Positions 26,851-40,916 of a DNA stretch of 64,000 bases are shown here, piece after piece (position 1 is the first letter of the stretch; each line of letters begins with the position of its first letter). The DNA is from Mizuhopecten yessoensis. Its lineage: Eukaryota. The DNA is taken from the NCBI RefSeq assembly GCF_002113885.1, contig NW_018408726.1, forward strand, positions 1,154,613-1,218,612, written 5' to 3'. Under the pieces are notes generated by a model. The model was not told the origin of the DNA and searched no databases. It was given only the letters and a program-made list of their open reading frames with translations. Made by a program: the position numbers and the translations under genes.

Positions 26851-27059
26851 ATCTCCCTGTTTTGCACTCCCTCACTCTTTCGTTTTGCCGGTGTTTCGCT
26901 AGTCATCCGTCTTCATATTACCTTACCTGTCGCGAGTCCGTTAATTCTGAACGAGCAAACAAAGTAGCTTTTGTCGTGAAAATGCAATCGGTTTCGCAGA
27001 CACAAAGAATATAATCTTCCCATTCTCGAGGAATTAACAATACAATTAGTAAATTGAAA

Positions 27060-27770
27060 TTAAAAGTGTTGATAAACACAATACCAAACATACGTCTTCA
27101 GGGATTATATAATACTTTCTCACGATGTATTTTGACAAATGATAACACTAAGCAAATTAAAATATCTGCGGTCATTTAAGGATTAACTTTCTGTTTAGTT
27201 CGATCAACTAAACTAAAAAGAAAGTTTCCTCAAAACGCGTTTTTTTAACCGGACTATATTCCGCGGAAAGATTACAAATATTCTATTCAAGCCCGATGTG
27301 TGATACGGTTATGCTTCGCGACACGCTTCTATTTAAGTTGAAGGAGCAGCTTGTGAACGATGAATTTGTCAACATACCGGACTGAATTGAAGACAAAGCC
27401 GACGCATTTGAGATGGGAGTTTGTGTGGGAGCCCTGTCAATGCCGGAACTACTTTTTGTGGGACGCGTGATTGTGCTAGAGTTGGCGATAACGTCAAAGT
27501 TCCCACGATGAGCAATCGCCATGTTGCCGTCACCCGCGTCAGCCTCGGGTGAACGCACAAAACAATTTACGTACTTTCTATTTTATTACATGAGAAATGG
27601 CATCGTTTCCAAATTTATATGAGGTTTTTGTTCGGAGATTTAGAATTTGTTTACAAATCGTATACCCGGTACTTCTGCTTACGTCCGAAAATAGCAATGG
27701 ATATGTACACGGTGTAGGTATCACTACGCGCACGAGAAAGACTGTCATTATCGAGTGATAATGACAATGG
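27060..27770 (-). mobile_element. Possible Crypton-like remnant (C-terminal tail and terminus)
   Basis: S/T-rich ORF 27283-27558 containing GMLTNSSFTSCSFN; palindromic GTCATTATCGAGTGATAATGAC at ~27744-27765. Confidence 0.35.
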
Positions 27771-27812
27771 CTTCAACAAAGGTTATTGAGCCAATTACAC
27801 TTAAAACTGTAA

Positions 27813-29297
27813 GCATCTGGTCCCGACCTTATAAGTCCTCGTTTGATTAAGGAAGCTGCCGATATTCTTAGCTATCCACTACAATTCCTATTTAACCTTT
27901 TGCTCACTGAATGTATTTTTCCGTCATCTTGGAAAACTGCTCATGTGAAACCAGTATTTAAAAAAGACGATCCATCTACTTTAAGTAATTATCGTCCTAT
28001 CTCTCTATTATCAATTGTTGGGAAAATGTTGGAACGCTGTGTATATAAATATGTTTACAACTATCTTATCGATAAATCTGTATTAACACCCTTCCAGTCT
28101 GGTTTCAGATCCGGTGATTCCACTATAAATCAACTTCTATCTATTTCTAATGATATCTTCTCTGCTCTGGATAAAGGTAAAGAAGTCCGAATGGTCTTCT
28201 GTGATATCAGCAAAGCGTTTGACCGAGTATGGCATCGAGGCCTTCTTTCTAAACTAAAATCTTTCGGCATCACAGGAAATGTTTTACTTGGTTCTCAGAG
28301 TACTAACATAATCGCTGTCAACGTGTTGTTATAAATGGTAAACAATCTTATTTAGCATATATCACAGCAGGTGTTCCACAGGGATCAATTTTAGGTCCAC
28401 TGCTCTTTTTATTCTTTATAAATGATATTGTCAAAGACATCGATTGTACTATAAAGCTATTTGCTGACGATACGTCTCTATATGTCAAAGTGGAGTCACC
28501 GGATCCGAACGCAAACCTGTTTAATAATAATCTAATGAAAATTCACGATTGGTCTAAAACTTGGCTTGTAAATTTTAATCCTAACAAAACTGTAACAATG
28601 ACTGTTGGTAAGAAACTCGAAAAAAATCCTCCTCCAATGTCCTAACTACCAGCAGCTGAGAATCCAATGTTTTAGTCTCCTAACTATAGTGTATGCTTTT
28701 TACTTTATGGTAGACCCGAACTACGAATTCACTTAAATGAAACTATTTTTGACTGTGTTCAAAATCATTCAGTCTAGACGTTTTTGAAGAAATTTTAACT
28801 TCATTCATATCAGTTATCTTGTTTGTTGTGGTGATACTTGCAATTACTTGAATATCGCATTGGTCTGCGTAGAGTGTTACAGATCATTAGTGCCAGTTAA
28901 GAATTGCATTTGTAGTTTTAATTTGTTTTCATAACATACTACATAAACTTTCCACAACATGTACAGACACAGTGCTCTTTCGTCAAATATCGTTTGTATT
29001 CATGCAATCAGCGCTTGTTCTCTCAATGCAGTTTTGATGCCCATCGCTTCCCCATCAAACATCATCCCCATTCCACTTTAAATCCTTGCATCTTGTCTCT
29101 CTCTTTTCCCTGTACATGTTATACTTTATATATATATATTTATATGAATTATAATATTGTCAGTACTGATCCATAGCTGCTGTTATGTCTATAAGGAGAC
29201 GGATTTACATAAGTACTATGTACTTGCTTCTGGATCCTTTTCTATATTTATAACCATGTACTATTGTAATTTAACATCAATAAAATAAAGTTTAAAC
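27813..29297 (+). mobile_element. 5'-truncated, internally deleted CR1/L2-group LINE with pseudogenised reverse transcriptase
   Basis: ASGPD, NYRPISLLS, QSGFR, DISKAFDRVWH; frameshift and stop near 28290-28305, then GVPQGSILGPLLF, LFADD; tail AATAAAATAAAGTTTAAAC; TAAAACTGTAA on both sides (27802-27812, 29298-29308) as TSD. Confidence 0.95.
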
Positions 29298-29669
29298 TAA
29301 AACTGTAAATATTTCATGGTACATGTAATAATGACAGTGCCAGTTCTTCTATAAAAAAAATCTTTTAAAACGGTGTTCGCATAATGAGTTAGACAACACA
29401 TAAAAATATCGATGCCGATTAATAGTAAGCTGTCCTCAAAATGAACTCGCAGTTTGTTAATATGCTTTGAAAATACCGATCCTCTTTTCAAATTTACGGG
29501 CGATTATCTTATCAAGTCATATCAATTTACCAAGATCTTACTTGTTTAAGGATGCACACGGCGTCAACACTCAATGACAGAATTAAACTCAACGCCTTGA
29601 AAAAAACACGGCACCGGAAGTCAAACGGATGTCATATAAAAATATCAAATATGATGAAACCAAACGAAN

Positions 29670-30517
29670 TCTCAACTACTAACCTCAAAAATTTCTAAAT
29701 GCCGACACTCTCTCTGTTCCTCAGCACTATTACTACTGCAGAAGCAGACAAGGTCAGATCCATCATGCAAGACTTAGGATGAACTGCAGCTCCTTAAACA
29801 CTCACCTGTTTGCACGAAACTTAGTTGATAGTCCCATGTGCTCATGTAATCGGTCTACTGAAACTACAGAACATTTCCTCACCCAATGTCCTAACTACCA
29901 GCTGCTGAGAACCCAATGTTTTAGTCTCCTAACTATAATGTAAGCTTTAAATGAAACTATTTTTGACTATGTTCAAAATCATTCAGTCTAGACGTTTTTG
30001 AAGAAAATTTAACTTCATTCATACCAGTTATCTTGTTTGTTGTGGTAATACTTGCAATTACTTGAATATCGCATTGGTCTGCGTAGAGTGTTACAGATCA
30101 TTAGTTCCAGTTAAGAATTGCATTTGTAGTTTTAATTTGTTTTCATATCATACATGTACTACATAAACTTTCCACAACATGAACAGACACAGTGCTCTTT
30201 CATCAAATATCGTTTGCATTCATGCAATCAGCGTTTGTTCTCTCAATGCAGTTTTGATGCCCATCGCTTCCCCATTAAACATCATCCCCATCCCTCTTTA
30301 AATCCTTGCACCCTTTCTCTCTCTTTTCCCTGCACATGTTATACTTTATATATATATATTTATATGAATTATGATATTGTCAGTACGGATCCATAGCTGC
30401 TGTTATGTCTATAAGGAGACGGATTTACATAAGTACTATGTACTTGCTTCTGGATCCTTTTCTGTATTTATAACCATGTACTATTGTAATTTAACATCAA
30501 TAAAATAAAGTTTAGAC
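29670..30517 (+). mobile_element. Second copy of the same LINE 3' end, retaining the C-terminal zinc-knuckle-like region
   Basis: HARLRMNCSSLNTHLFARNLVDSPMCSCNRSTETTEHFLTQCPNY; same tail and same 3' flank as the first copy. Confidence 0.9.
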
Positions 30518-33016
30518 TAAAACTGTAAATATTTCATGGTAATAATGACAGTGCCATTTCTTCTATAAAAATATATTTTAAAACGGTGTTCGCATAATGA
30601 GTTAGACAACACATAAAAATATCGATGCCGATTAATAGTAAGCTGTCCTCAAAATGAACTCGCAGTTTGTTAATATGCTTTGAAAATACCGATCCTCTTT
30701 TCAAATTTACGGGCGATTATCTTATCAAGTCATATCAATTTACCAAGATCTTACTTGTTTAAGGATGCACACGGCGTCAACACTCAATGACAGAATTAAA
30801 CTCAACGCCTAAATAACACGGCACCGGAAGTAAAACGGATGTCATATAAAAATATCAAATATGATGAAACCAAACGAAAAACCCTAGAGATGTGTAGGCG
30901 TGACCTGTACAACACGTGGCATCAAGGGAAAAATATAGGTTACCTGGGGTCAAGGACACGGCGAGAAACTGGAACCCGGATTGAAATATAAATTAGATCA
31001 CTAATGATGTCCTTGATAGATTGTCAGCGTACATAAACGTATCGCCGCCAGGAAAACGCGTCTAATTAACTAATTGTTAGGAAATCCTGACCACTTGAAA
31101 GGCTTAAGAATCACCTTTGATAGATTAACTACCTTAGCCGTGGTGTTTGGCACGTTAATAAGGAGGAAAAAAAGGTTAACGATCGTCAAGATAAATCTTG
31201 GTAGTGCGTTGACCATAATTGTCATACTGTATATCCAAATTTGAGTCTGGCGTAGAAGAGTCTGTGATATCTTTAAGGTCCAGTTCAGTTCTAAATGTGA
31301 GGCAAATATTTAAAAAATATCAATATTTCAATAGTCCACAGGGGTTCATTCATTGATAGCGGTCACACAGAATATCTGGATAAAGTAAATAAGACCCCAA
31401 CCCAAGTCAGATACCTTTATCACAAATCATAAATAAAATGTGTAACGTCATATAGAGTGTTGATCAGAGGACGGGGCTAGCTCCGATATAGTACTATTTA
31501 TTAAATAGAAATAATTGAATAGATATATATTTTCAAACATTATGAAAGCGATTATTTTTTGCATCGCTGAAAGTTTATCTCAACAATTCTACAATGCATC
31601 ATCATTCCACAGTAATTGGCCTTTCAGTGTTCCTTGTGATATTTAAATCATTCACACACCCTACAGTTCAGTCATGGATGACTGATTAATTCAATTTAAC
31701 ATTTGTTGAACCGTTTAATTATTTCTAATCAGCTAAATGCCACATACTTAAAATGTTATCCTTGTGATATTCAATACAATATCAGAATATAAAAGCGAAT
31801 TATTAATATGAAATGATATTTTATCATATCTATAAACTTTGATCTCTATCTGCAAAGCATATGGTTGGTTTCAAATTTCCAATTATTTATTTTTCTATAA
31901 ATGTTCATTTGGTCATCAATCAATTTTGAACAGGTGATATTTTGGATAGTATAATAGTATACCTTTATAGATTTTTTTATAGATGCTAGGATTTAGAAAT
32001 AACCTAATCGTACGAAATTAAGATGATATGTACGTATACCCTTATATAGATAGAAAAACGGAAAAAGAATCCGACATCAATTAGACATGTTATTACAAGT
32101 ACTGACATTTTCTGAGTTTAAACACATGTCACTTAGGATAGGGGCGTGTCGTCGAGCGTGGTTGTACTTTTTATAGAATTAATCTTATTATAAATTAAAA
32201 TATTATCTGTTTCCATGTTTCTGTAGGTTCCATGTTGTCTTCCCTTCTCTTTGGTGTATTGCTTGTTCCTATTCCTTTCCCTTCTTGCAGACTTTAAGGT
32301 TTTAATTGTCAACAGTGTATTGTAAACGCAGACAATCCTACGCTTAATTATGGAAACAGATAATGAGTAATTGGTCTACCGAGTTTTAAATTTGCCACAC
32401 GAATATTCATTCTTAGAACGTCAAAACAGTTGTCGTATTTCATTCTGATTTGTTTTTTCCATGTTCAATGAAACCGTATGAACAGGTTTTTTTACCATGT
32501 TGATTTAGTACAATTACAATGTTTTCATTGATGTAAAAATCATTGATTCGAAGACGATGTTCAACGCTTTTTTCACAAACACCTCTTTACTGCTTTGTTT
32601 TAATTGATAAAAAAACAAGAGAACGCCTAAGTATCAACAACACTGCATTTTGAACTAACAGTTCGGTAAAGCAAGAAAAAACAAACAAAGGATGGTTTAT
32701 ATCGAGACCCGTGAAAAACGACAAGGACAGTAAGACACCACTCCCCACGTAAATCTGAGTCAGTTCAAAGTCACCAAAACCAAATCAAGGTAACGTCTTC
32801 AAAACCTCTTCTGAAAATGAAGAGATAACTTTTAAAATAATAGCTTTCTATGTCATTGTTTTATAACAAAACATATTGCAATATTCCCAAGTTTATGAAC
32901 GTTTATGTTTTTTTACTAGAAGGCAACATATCCACAAAGTATGGTAAGTCGAAACGTCTAAATGTGAATAACACAGGGATCTCAATGATGTTGCTCCATG
33001 TTTTCAAATATTCAAG

Positions 33017-33432
33017 TATACCTTCCTACTACAACCCACTTACTACTCAAGTCGAGTGTACCTTCCTACTACAATCCACTTACTACTTAAGTCTAGTGTA
33101 CCTTCCTACTACAACCCACTTACTGCTCAAGTCAAGTGTACCTTTCTACTACAATCGACTTACTACTCAAGTCGAATGTACCTTCCTACTACAACCCACT
33201 TACTACTCAAGTCGAGTGTACCTTCCTACTACAATCCACTTACTACTCAAGTCGAGTGTACCTTCCTACTACAATCCACTTACTACTCAAGTCAAGTGTA
33301 CCTTCCTACTACAATCCACTTACTACTCAAGTCAAGTGTACCTTCCTACTACAATCCACTTACTACTCAAGTCAAGTGTACCTTCCTACTACAATCCACT
33401 TACTCCTCAAGTCGTGTGTACCTTCCTACTTC
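33017..33432. repeat. 40-bp tandem repeat, ~10 copies
   Basis: Unit GTACCTTCCTACTACAATCCACTTACTACTCAAGTCGAGT. Confidence 0.97.
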
Positions 33433-36400
33433 TTCCATGCTCCATTTCGGGACCCGATTTTCATATAAGATTGACAATATTACCATTCAGGTCAATGGCA
33501 GTGATTTACAGATATGATTCGTTTCTGAAAAAAATGTATAAAGTTTAGAAGCATATGAAATGTTTACATCCTTAAATGTGCCTTACGTTGGATTTAACAT
33601 AATTTATGCATGGATGCATCTTTAGGATAATTTTGTTGTGTCTTTTGTTGGAATCATAGTTCAATTACATAGCATATTTTGTCAAATTCTTTCAAAGGAC
33701 ATTCCCCATATAACGGCATATAATGGCCATGTTTTCTATAAATATACCCTTTAAACACAATAACTAGACTTATTGATAAAACTATCAACAAAGAGCAATG
33801 CTATTAGATCGACCGATGGTTACATTTCACCATAAACACTCAGCATTGCATCACGTGGATGACCTAAAATAATATTGAACATATTTTGTTTTTATGTCTC
33901 AAAAATAAAGCGGTTTTAAAACAAAATGTGAAATTCATAAAATTTTCTGACTTGTTAAGAAAAGTAAATCAAGCAAAGGTAAAGGAAAATATATTTTTGG
34001 GGTTTTCAAGTATTGTACTCGACCCAAGCACAGTTAAGAACATTATATATATACTACTTATATGAAGTAAAACAAATGACAATGATTTCTGGAGCTTTGA
34101 CTGGACTAAGAAAGCCGAATTTCCTTTAGTCACTTATAATTAACTGTGTATCACTTACATTTGCTTCACGTCAACATATCAGAGTCAGCTGTGAGTTATA
34201 AGTCAAAACTCTGTTAGACTGATTTGTGGCGTCATTTCAATCTTGACGTCAAAACAAAAGCATTGGAGACTGCTGGTCGATACTGTGTGTTTGTAGTGAT
34301 GGACATTCCACCTCAGATTTAAAGGACAAATACAAATTCAAATTCAATAGCCATAGCGCACTATTTAGTTTGTCTGAAATCCTGATAAACTTGTTTATAA
34401 TATGTTACAACTTAATGATAAATTGTATACATCTAGGCGCGTGCACCCACACGGGTCGTCTGGTAGTATATTATGACCTGCTACAAACACGAGGTTTTAT
34501 GTTAATGAATGCTTGTCGTATTAGACCTCCGTGACAATCTTTACACTCCGTGCCATGTACTAACTGATACAGGTAGCGTGTGCCTAACGCTAGATGTCAC
34601 ATTGTTTACATGTGTATTGCAATGTGCTCCCATACATAACAATGGTAATAGACACACACACCGTCCCTGTAAGAACATTTAACACATACGTTAGATAGTG
34701 AAAGCATAACAATAAAAAACATAACAATACCAGCAATGCTGCTACTTTATCTAATTTATATATCATAACTGTTGCAGCTAATTATTTCTGCCATTGGTAG
34801 CAAATACATGAACAATAAGAGAGTCAAATTGTATACTGCTTTGTATTAAATTCGAAAGATACGTATTTTTGTAAACTGTATGAATTCTTGATATACTTAT
34901 TCTGCGAATATTGACACTGATGACATTTAATCTGTTAAACGTCTTAATTATTCCCCATAAGGCATAAAACTATTTCATCCAGTGGCTACATTTTTAGATT
35001 AAACATGTGTCTTTTCTGTATACCGGTAAATATCTATAACAATCCGACTTCTTTAGATATTAGAAAAGAAAACCCCTTTCTCTGTGAAACAGTTTTAAAA
35101 AACAGAGATCCACGACATACACAGATCACTATAAAATTTGTCAATAAATCTTTAAATTGTGACCTATCAACTGTTTAAGGGTATTGAAATACGTTGACTA
35201 TGACCGCAAATTGTTTAAATTTACAATCACGAAACAGAAGGCTGTGTCACATACTGCGTATCTAAAATCGCATTTCTGTAGTCACACGAGAATAATGTTA
35301 ACAACACTGATTCACTTTATGGCATTTTATGCCGAAAAGTGTCATCCGGGTTCTTGCCAATAGTGAAAATAAAGTACATCATTGTATATGCGTAAAGTTT
35401 ATTGTCATTATTGTATATTTTTGAATGATTTGCCTATTGGTCGGGATAAGGCATTTGTTTTTGTATCAAAAAATATAGAAGTGTGACGTATGCTTATTAT
35501 TTTATAACGAAACTCTCTTAAACATTACATTATGAATATAAATTAATACCAATAAAACCTTTAAGCAGAAAGCACGCTCATAGCTTTACTGCTATTCATA
35601 TTGGTACTGTACGTTTTGCACTCACTTAACTTACAATTAACATACAAATCATCAAAATGGCAAACAGTTGGCATATTTGCATATTATAATGCATGTACAC
35701 CAAACTATTTTGAACCACACAACATAAAATAAACATAGCGTTTTAAAATTACGACATATAACATACTAATATCATCAACCAAGTTTGGTTAGAAAATGTT
35801 TAATCATAAACTTCACTTGAACGAGTTAAATATTAAGTATACAAGGAAACAAGCATGACTTAAACATGCAGCAGACAATATTTTGTCATGTATCACGATT
35901 AAAGGAAGAACCTGGGACATGTACAATAATGTACCTATTATTTGATACCTCGTGACATTGACAAATCGATATCCTATTGTATATTTTTAATGTTTAATTA
36001 AATATCATATTTCTCTGCGCGTTTTACGATTTTGCTATCCGTTTCTAAATATAGTTTATGTGTATAAGAGGGCGATGTAGGCTGTTAAATACTGAGTGCA
36101 AGTTTTATGGTCGAATATATTATCTCACTGCAAAATAGTTTATTTCCCTGTGTTCAAATGTGTGCTCTGTGGTTTCAATATCACTAACCCGGTTCTTATT
36201 TTGAAGACGTTAGTTTGCCTAACGTCAACTTTTAATTATATGGTAGGTTTCGTCAATGAATCACAAAACGCTTCCCATTCTAAAAACCTGGACTCATTCT
36301 GCTTGTACTTTTCCAGCGGTCTTTATGTAAATCGTTTTTACTTTTTTTCCCACTGATACAATATCTACTTACAAAACCAGATTATTGTCATCACAGCATA

Positions 36401-36724
36401 TACCAACTTATGAGTTTTAACATATGGAGTTTATATAAATAACATAAAATTGACGAATTTCAACTATTTATCTATACCAAGTGTTGCAACGAGTGTAGCA
36501 AACCAATTTTGGTTTCTTTTATACCCTCTACACAGTATACAAAGAGGAACAGACACCTCACAATACATCTCCAACACACACGTTAGTATAAACACATAGC
36601 GATAAATTAGCTAGGTGACATAGGACCAGTAGTTAGCGCCTGATAAAGCAGCTCCTGCAAATTCCTCAAAATTGTATTGATTAATGTATATGTTAATTGC
36701 ATCGATTGTATAAATTATCAATAT

Positions 36725-36800
36725 CTATGTACTGTAAGGCGCTTTAGAACGACTTATTTTAGCTAGATAGGGTGCTATATCAAATGTATATATTTTTATT
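36725..36800 (+). mobile_element. L2-like 3' tail remnant
   Basis: TGTAAGGCGCTTTAGAAC...GGTGCTATATCAAAT. Confidence 0.45.
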
Positions 36801-36981
36801 CTGCAACATTATTCTTACGCTTACACGAGTGGGGTACAGTAGGACTAGTACTGCCCCGCACTTGCGCGGTGGGGGGTTATTGGGGTTTGGGTACAATTGT
36901 AACACTCTTTCTGCAGCGTCAGACGAAGGCAAGTGTATGGCATGATTTTAATAGATACCTTACTATTCTGTATTTACAATT

Positions 36982-37009
36982 TCATCATCATCATCATCAT
37001 CATCATCAT
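36982..37009. repeat. (ATC)n microsatellite
   Basis: ~9 perfect TCA units. Confidence 0.95.
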
Positions 37010-38089
37010 GCAGTATCAAAAAAATAACTTGCTTCAAGAAAACTTGAACCTAACACCAATGGCTGATAAAACGACTTCGATAAGTATAATACATACTATA
37101 GATAAAAAATCAGTGAGTTCCAGACAATGTATGATAATAAAACATATCCTACAAATGTACATGTGAAAAACGAACAAAAAAAACTAGCAGAAAAAACCGC
37201 TGGAACCGCAGTACATGAACAATATGATGAACATATGTAATGTAAACATAGCAATGTTCGCGGTGTTATTTTTGTTGTGTTTAGCAATGCTGTTTCAGTT
37301 TTTAATTGCGTTGGTACGGTCCGTTTTAGATCATTTTAAATCACATATATTTACAGCTATTGGCGTCATGTTAATGTATTTTGATGTCTGTTTTGATAAA
37401 AAAAAAAAAAAGGTCTGGCACCATAGATACAGATGTATTTAGACCCGCCCAGTGTATCCATCTTACTAATTTGCTGACCATTCATATATTAAACAACGCT
37501 CGATCATACGTTTAATTATACGTAAGTATGGGGTGTCATTACATAGCAACATTTACACAGTTGTCTAGGTATATGATACTGAGATGGCACGTCAGTCCGT
37601 CTGATGTATGTATTGACCTTAAGTAACCTATCTTCAATCAATGTAATATACATCGCTCTAATTATCAGTCCTATGGACAATACAATGAAGTGACGTCATG
37701 AACGTGATGTTACAAGTACATGCTACCCACTACTTGTATACCGTACAAGTTCCTACTCTTATACTTCCAATACCTATTTACATAATCTATACTACTTTCA
37801 TGCAAAGTTTCGTCCCTCTAAAAAATGTAACCGTAAAAACCAACTAAGGATAGGTACGTATAGGCTGCGTCTATTTTCATACAATTACTCGGTTAATATT
37901 GCCGTCTGACAATGTGCGTCATTTCTCTATGACCAATGACGCAATGCCAAGAGTGAGTGATATAGGGAGGAAGTGTATCAACCGGCAGCAACGTAGTAAC
38001 GGGAGAAACAGCGAGGAGGGATTGAATAGCTAGCGAGTTCCTGGTTAGGACTAATCACCTCCGAGAAGTGCCGAAATGTGTGGAGATTT

Positions 38090-38425
38090 TCAACGTCCCA
38101 CCATCAGCCAAGGTCATTTAAGGACGTGCCTCCGTAAATAAAAAAAAAAACTTGCATGTGTGATGAAGGCAGAGTATGTTGGTGGAATAACCTCCTCGCA
38201 ATAGCTCAGATTTGATGCCGACTTTATAGTGCTATCTCACTGAAATACCACATCGAAGGCCCCAGCCTAGCGTTCCGCCCGGTCAAATTATACTGGCAAC
38301 GGGTTAACCAGTTGAAGCCGTTACCCTATATGCTGACCGTTAAGCAGGGACTATCGACTACCACTTTGAAGACCTTTGAGTGTCCTGGCCTGTTGATAGA
38401 ACCGATTGCCTTCCTCACCTCAGTG
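38090..38425 (-). mobile_element. Meta/Deu-like SINE
   Basis: CAGCCAAGGTCATTTAAGGACGTG; GATGCCGACTTTATAGTGCTATCTCACTGAAATACC; TTAAGCAGGGA; GCCTTCCTCAC. Confidence 0.9.
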
Positions 38426-40183
38426 AACTTACAAAGATCCCAAATATGAATCATCGTGTGAGGGAACTAGTTTGCGTTTTTATTGTGAAAGTTTACTGGT
38501 ACATGTACCCGAACCTATCGATCAACGGTAAAGGAATTTCGTTCCACAATAATATCTTTTTGTTTCAACATGACTTCATAAAAGCCATTAAATCATCGCT
38601 TAACCTGTGTCCCAATAGTAATTTATATATTTAATTTAATTTGGTAATGTCATATGCATGTGTCAATATTGGACTGTTAGCGGAGAACCAGCTGTGCGGA
38701 TAACCACTACAGAGTTATCGCCATCGTTGATATCATTTTATAACCTTCAACATGACATTTTTATTGCGAACAATGATGTAGATTGACATGGCTGTCTGGT
38801 CGATATCATTACTAATTTAAGCTTTCCCCTTCTTGGTGCAAATTTATACAGAGCAGTCTTATTCTTCAATGATTCAGCGATTGTTAAACGCGTTGCCAGT
38901 CATAAGCATGTGGTTTTGACTTTCAACAGCGTTTCAAATTCGTCTTGCCATACAAACAATATATACGACTCACCATACAAAAATAAGCCAAACATACACC
39001 GTTATAATTCATGAATGACAGTACATCTATTGAGAATATATTGATGCAAATTTCAAAATATGATCACATTTTATAGTGAAACTCTACCCAGACCAAACGC
39101 CACCTATCATTATATAAACAAAAAGTACATTTTATAGAGAAATAGACGTTTGAACAAAAACAAGTCCGTATGACAACCAAAACAGCAAAACGCAAATCGG
39201 TTCTTTAATGTTCCAATATCTTCTATTTAATATCGCTTTCCTGTAAGCTGATGTCGGAATGGAATATCTACAACCTGTCTGTAGGATTATATATTCAAAT
39301 TCAGCTGTGACAAATGTTCGCTTTAAAAACAGTAGTAACTTGAATTCATATTCATTTCTTCTTTCATTGTTGAAAGTTGTTGGATATTTTATGTAGAACT
39401 TCAACAAAAAAATTCTCTATATTTTATAAATAATTATAATATAATCTGGCAAAAGATCAAAATATGGAAAAAAAAACTTATATAAACCTGGCACGATTTA
39501 TTGTCAAATATCGACAATGGTTAAGAATATTAATTAGGAAAGCAAAGATGTTCTGTTATGATAGTTTCGTTACTCATTTAAATAAAATATGAAATATTGA
39601 ACAATTCTGAGAATATTTGTATTGCAAAAATATTCTTATTGTATTAATGTGTTTTTTTGGTGCACTTGTAAATAACTCGTAAACTTGTAAATAGTCTTTC
39701 AGCGTCTGACAGGTGATACATGTTTACACTGTTAACCTCTGTCTCACTCTGATTAACATTTGCAATAATACATACTGTTACATACATTATTGTCAAATAT
39801 TTAAAATCTGTTTTAATTCTTATTTCGTTAATGTAACGATGATATTTAACACACTTATTTTGTTCCTTATTTTCAGGCGTTGAAAGGCTGTGTGTTTGCT
39901 GGGCGAATAGTTCATAAATGTGCTACCGTCGTACTTAAGGTTTGGGGACTGCGTTTCGCTTTAATACTTTTTATTTAACAGTTGACATATGAACATGGTT
40001 TCCAACTGTGTTGTCTGAATATCTGCCATGCTAAAGTCTCATTCAAAATGTCTTATAACGTGGAGGATCTACATATGTTCCTTGATTTAAAGTAAGATAT
40101 TATGACTGGTTCCACATGTTTACCTTTTTATGGTATAGGTAACTGTTTTTTTCTCTGGTTTTCTATGGCGTTTGTGATGTCTT

Positions 40184-40270
40184 TCCGCGCTATCACAAGG
40201 AGACAAACACGAAAATATCGCAGAACTGTTGGTAGGACATTAATCAGTACTAAACCAAACATAACCAAAC
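40184..40270 (+). mobile_element. SINE 3' fragment
   Basis: TCCGCGCTATCACAAGGAGACAAACACGAA...TAAACCAAACATAACCAAACC. Confidence 0.75.
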
Positions 40271-40314
40271 CTTTTACTTTTGGTGTGTTCTCGGTTTCCA
40301 TTTGACACCCCGAC

Positions 40315-40916
40315 CCCTTGTAGAACCGTTCCTTTCCCTCCTCTTGCAGAACCGTTCCTTTTCTCCCCCTTGCAGAACCGTTCCTTTCCACCTCTTTGTA
40401 GAATCGTTCCTTTCCTCCCCCTTGCAGAACCGTTCCTTTCCTCCCCCTTGCAGAACTGTTCCTTTCCTTCCCCTTGCGGAACCGTTCCTTTCCTTCCCCT
40501 TGCGGAACCGTTCCTTTACTCCCCCTTGCAGAACCGTTCCTTTACTCCCCCTTGCAGAACCGTTCCTTTCCACCCCTTTGTAGAACTGTTCCTTTCCTCC
40601 CCCTTGCAGAACCGTTCCTTTCTTCCTCCTTGCAGAACCGTTCCTTTCCTCCCCCTTGTAGAACCGTTCCTTAACTCCCCCTTGTAGAACTGTTCCTGGT
40701 CCCCTGTTTACAGAACCGTTCCTTTCCTCCCCCTTGCAGAACCGTTCCTTTACTCCCCCTTGTAGAACCGTTCCTTTCCTCCCCCTTGCAGAACCGTTCC
40801 TTTCTTCCCCCTTGTAGAACCGTTCCTTTCCTCCCCCTTGTAGAACCGTTCCTTTACTCCCCCTTGTAGAACTGTTCCTGGTCCCCTGTTTACAGGACCG
40901 TTCCTTTCCTCCCCCT
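40315..40916. repeat. 26-bp strand-asymmetric (C/T-rich) minisatellite, ~23 copies
   Basis: Unit CAGAACCGTTCCTTTCCTCCCCCTTG. Confidence 0.97.

Noticed and set aside
32850-33548. 232-aa ORF and overlapping ORFs
   Set aside because: Produced by a stop-free 40-bp tandem repeat; all three frames are open with the same cycling peptide
34435-34470. Helitron 3' hairpin-like end
   Set aside because: Imperfect hairpin, no clean CTAG terminus, no matching 5' end found
37690-38060. Promoter-like cluster (TGACGTCA, CCAAT, GGAAG)
   Set aside because: Short motifs that recur by chance or in repeats; no linked exon identified
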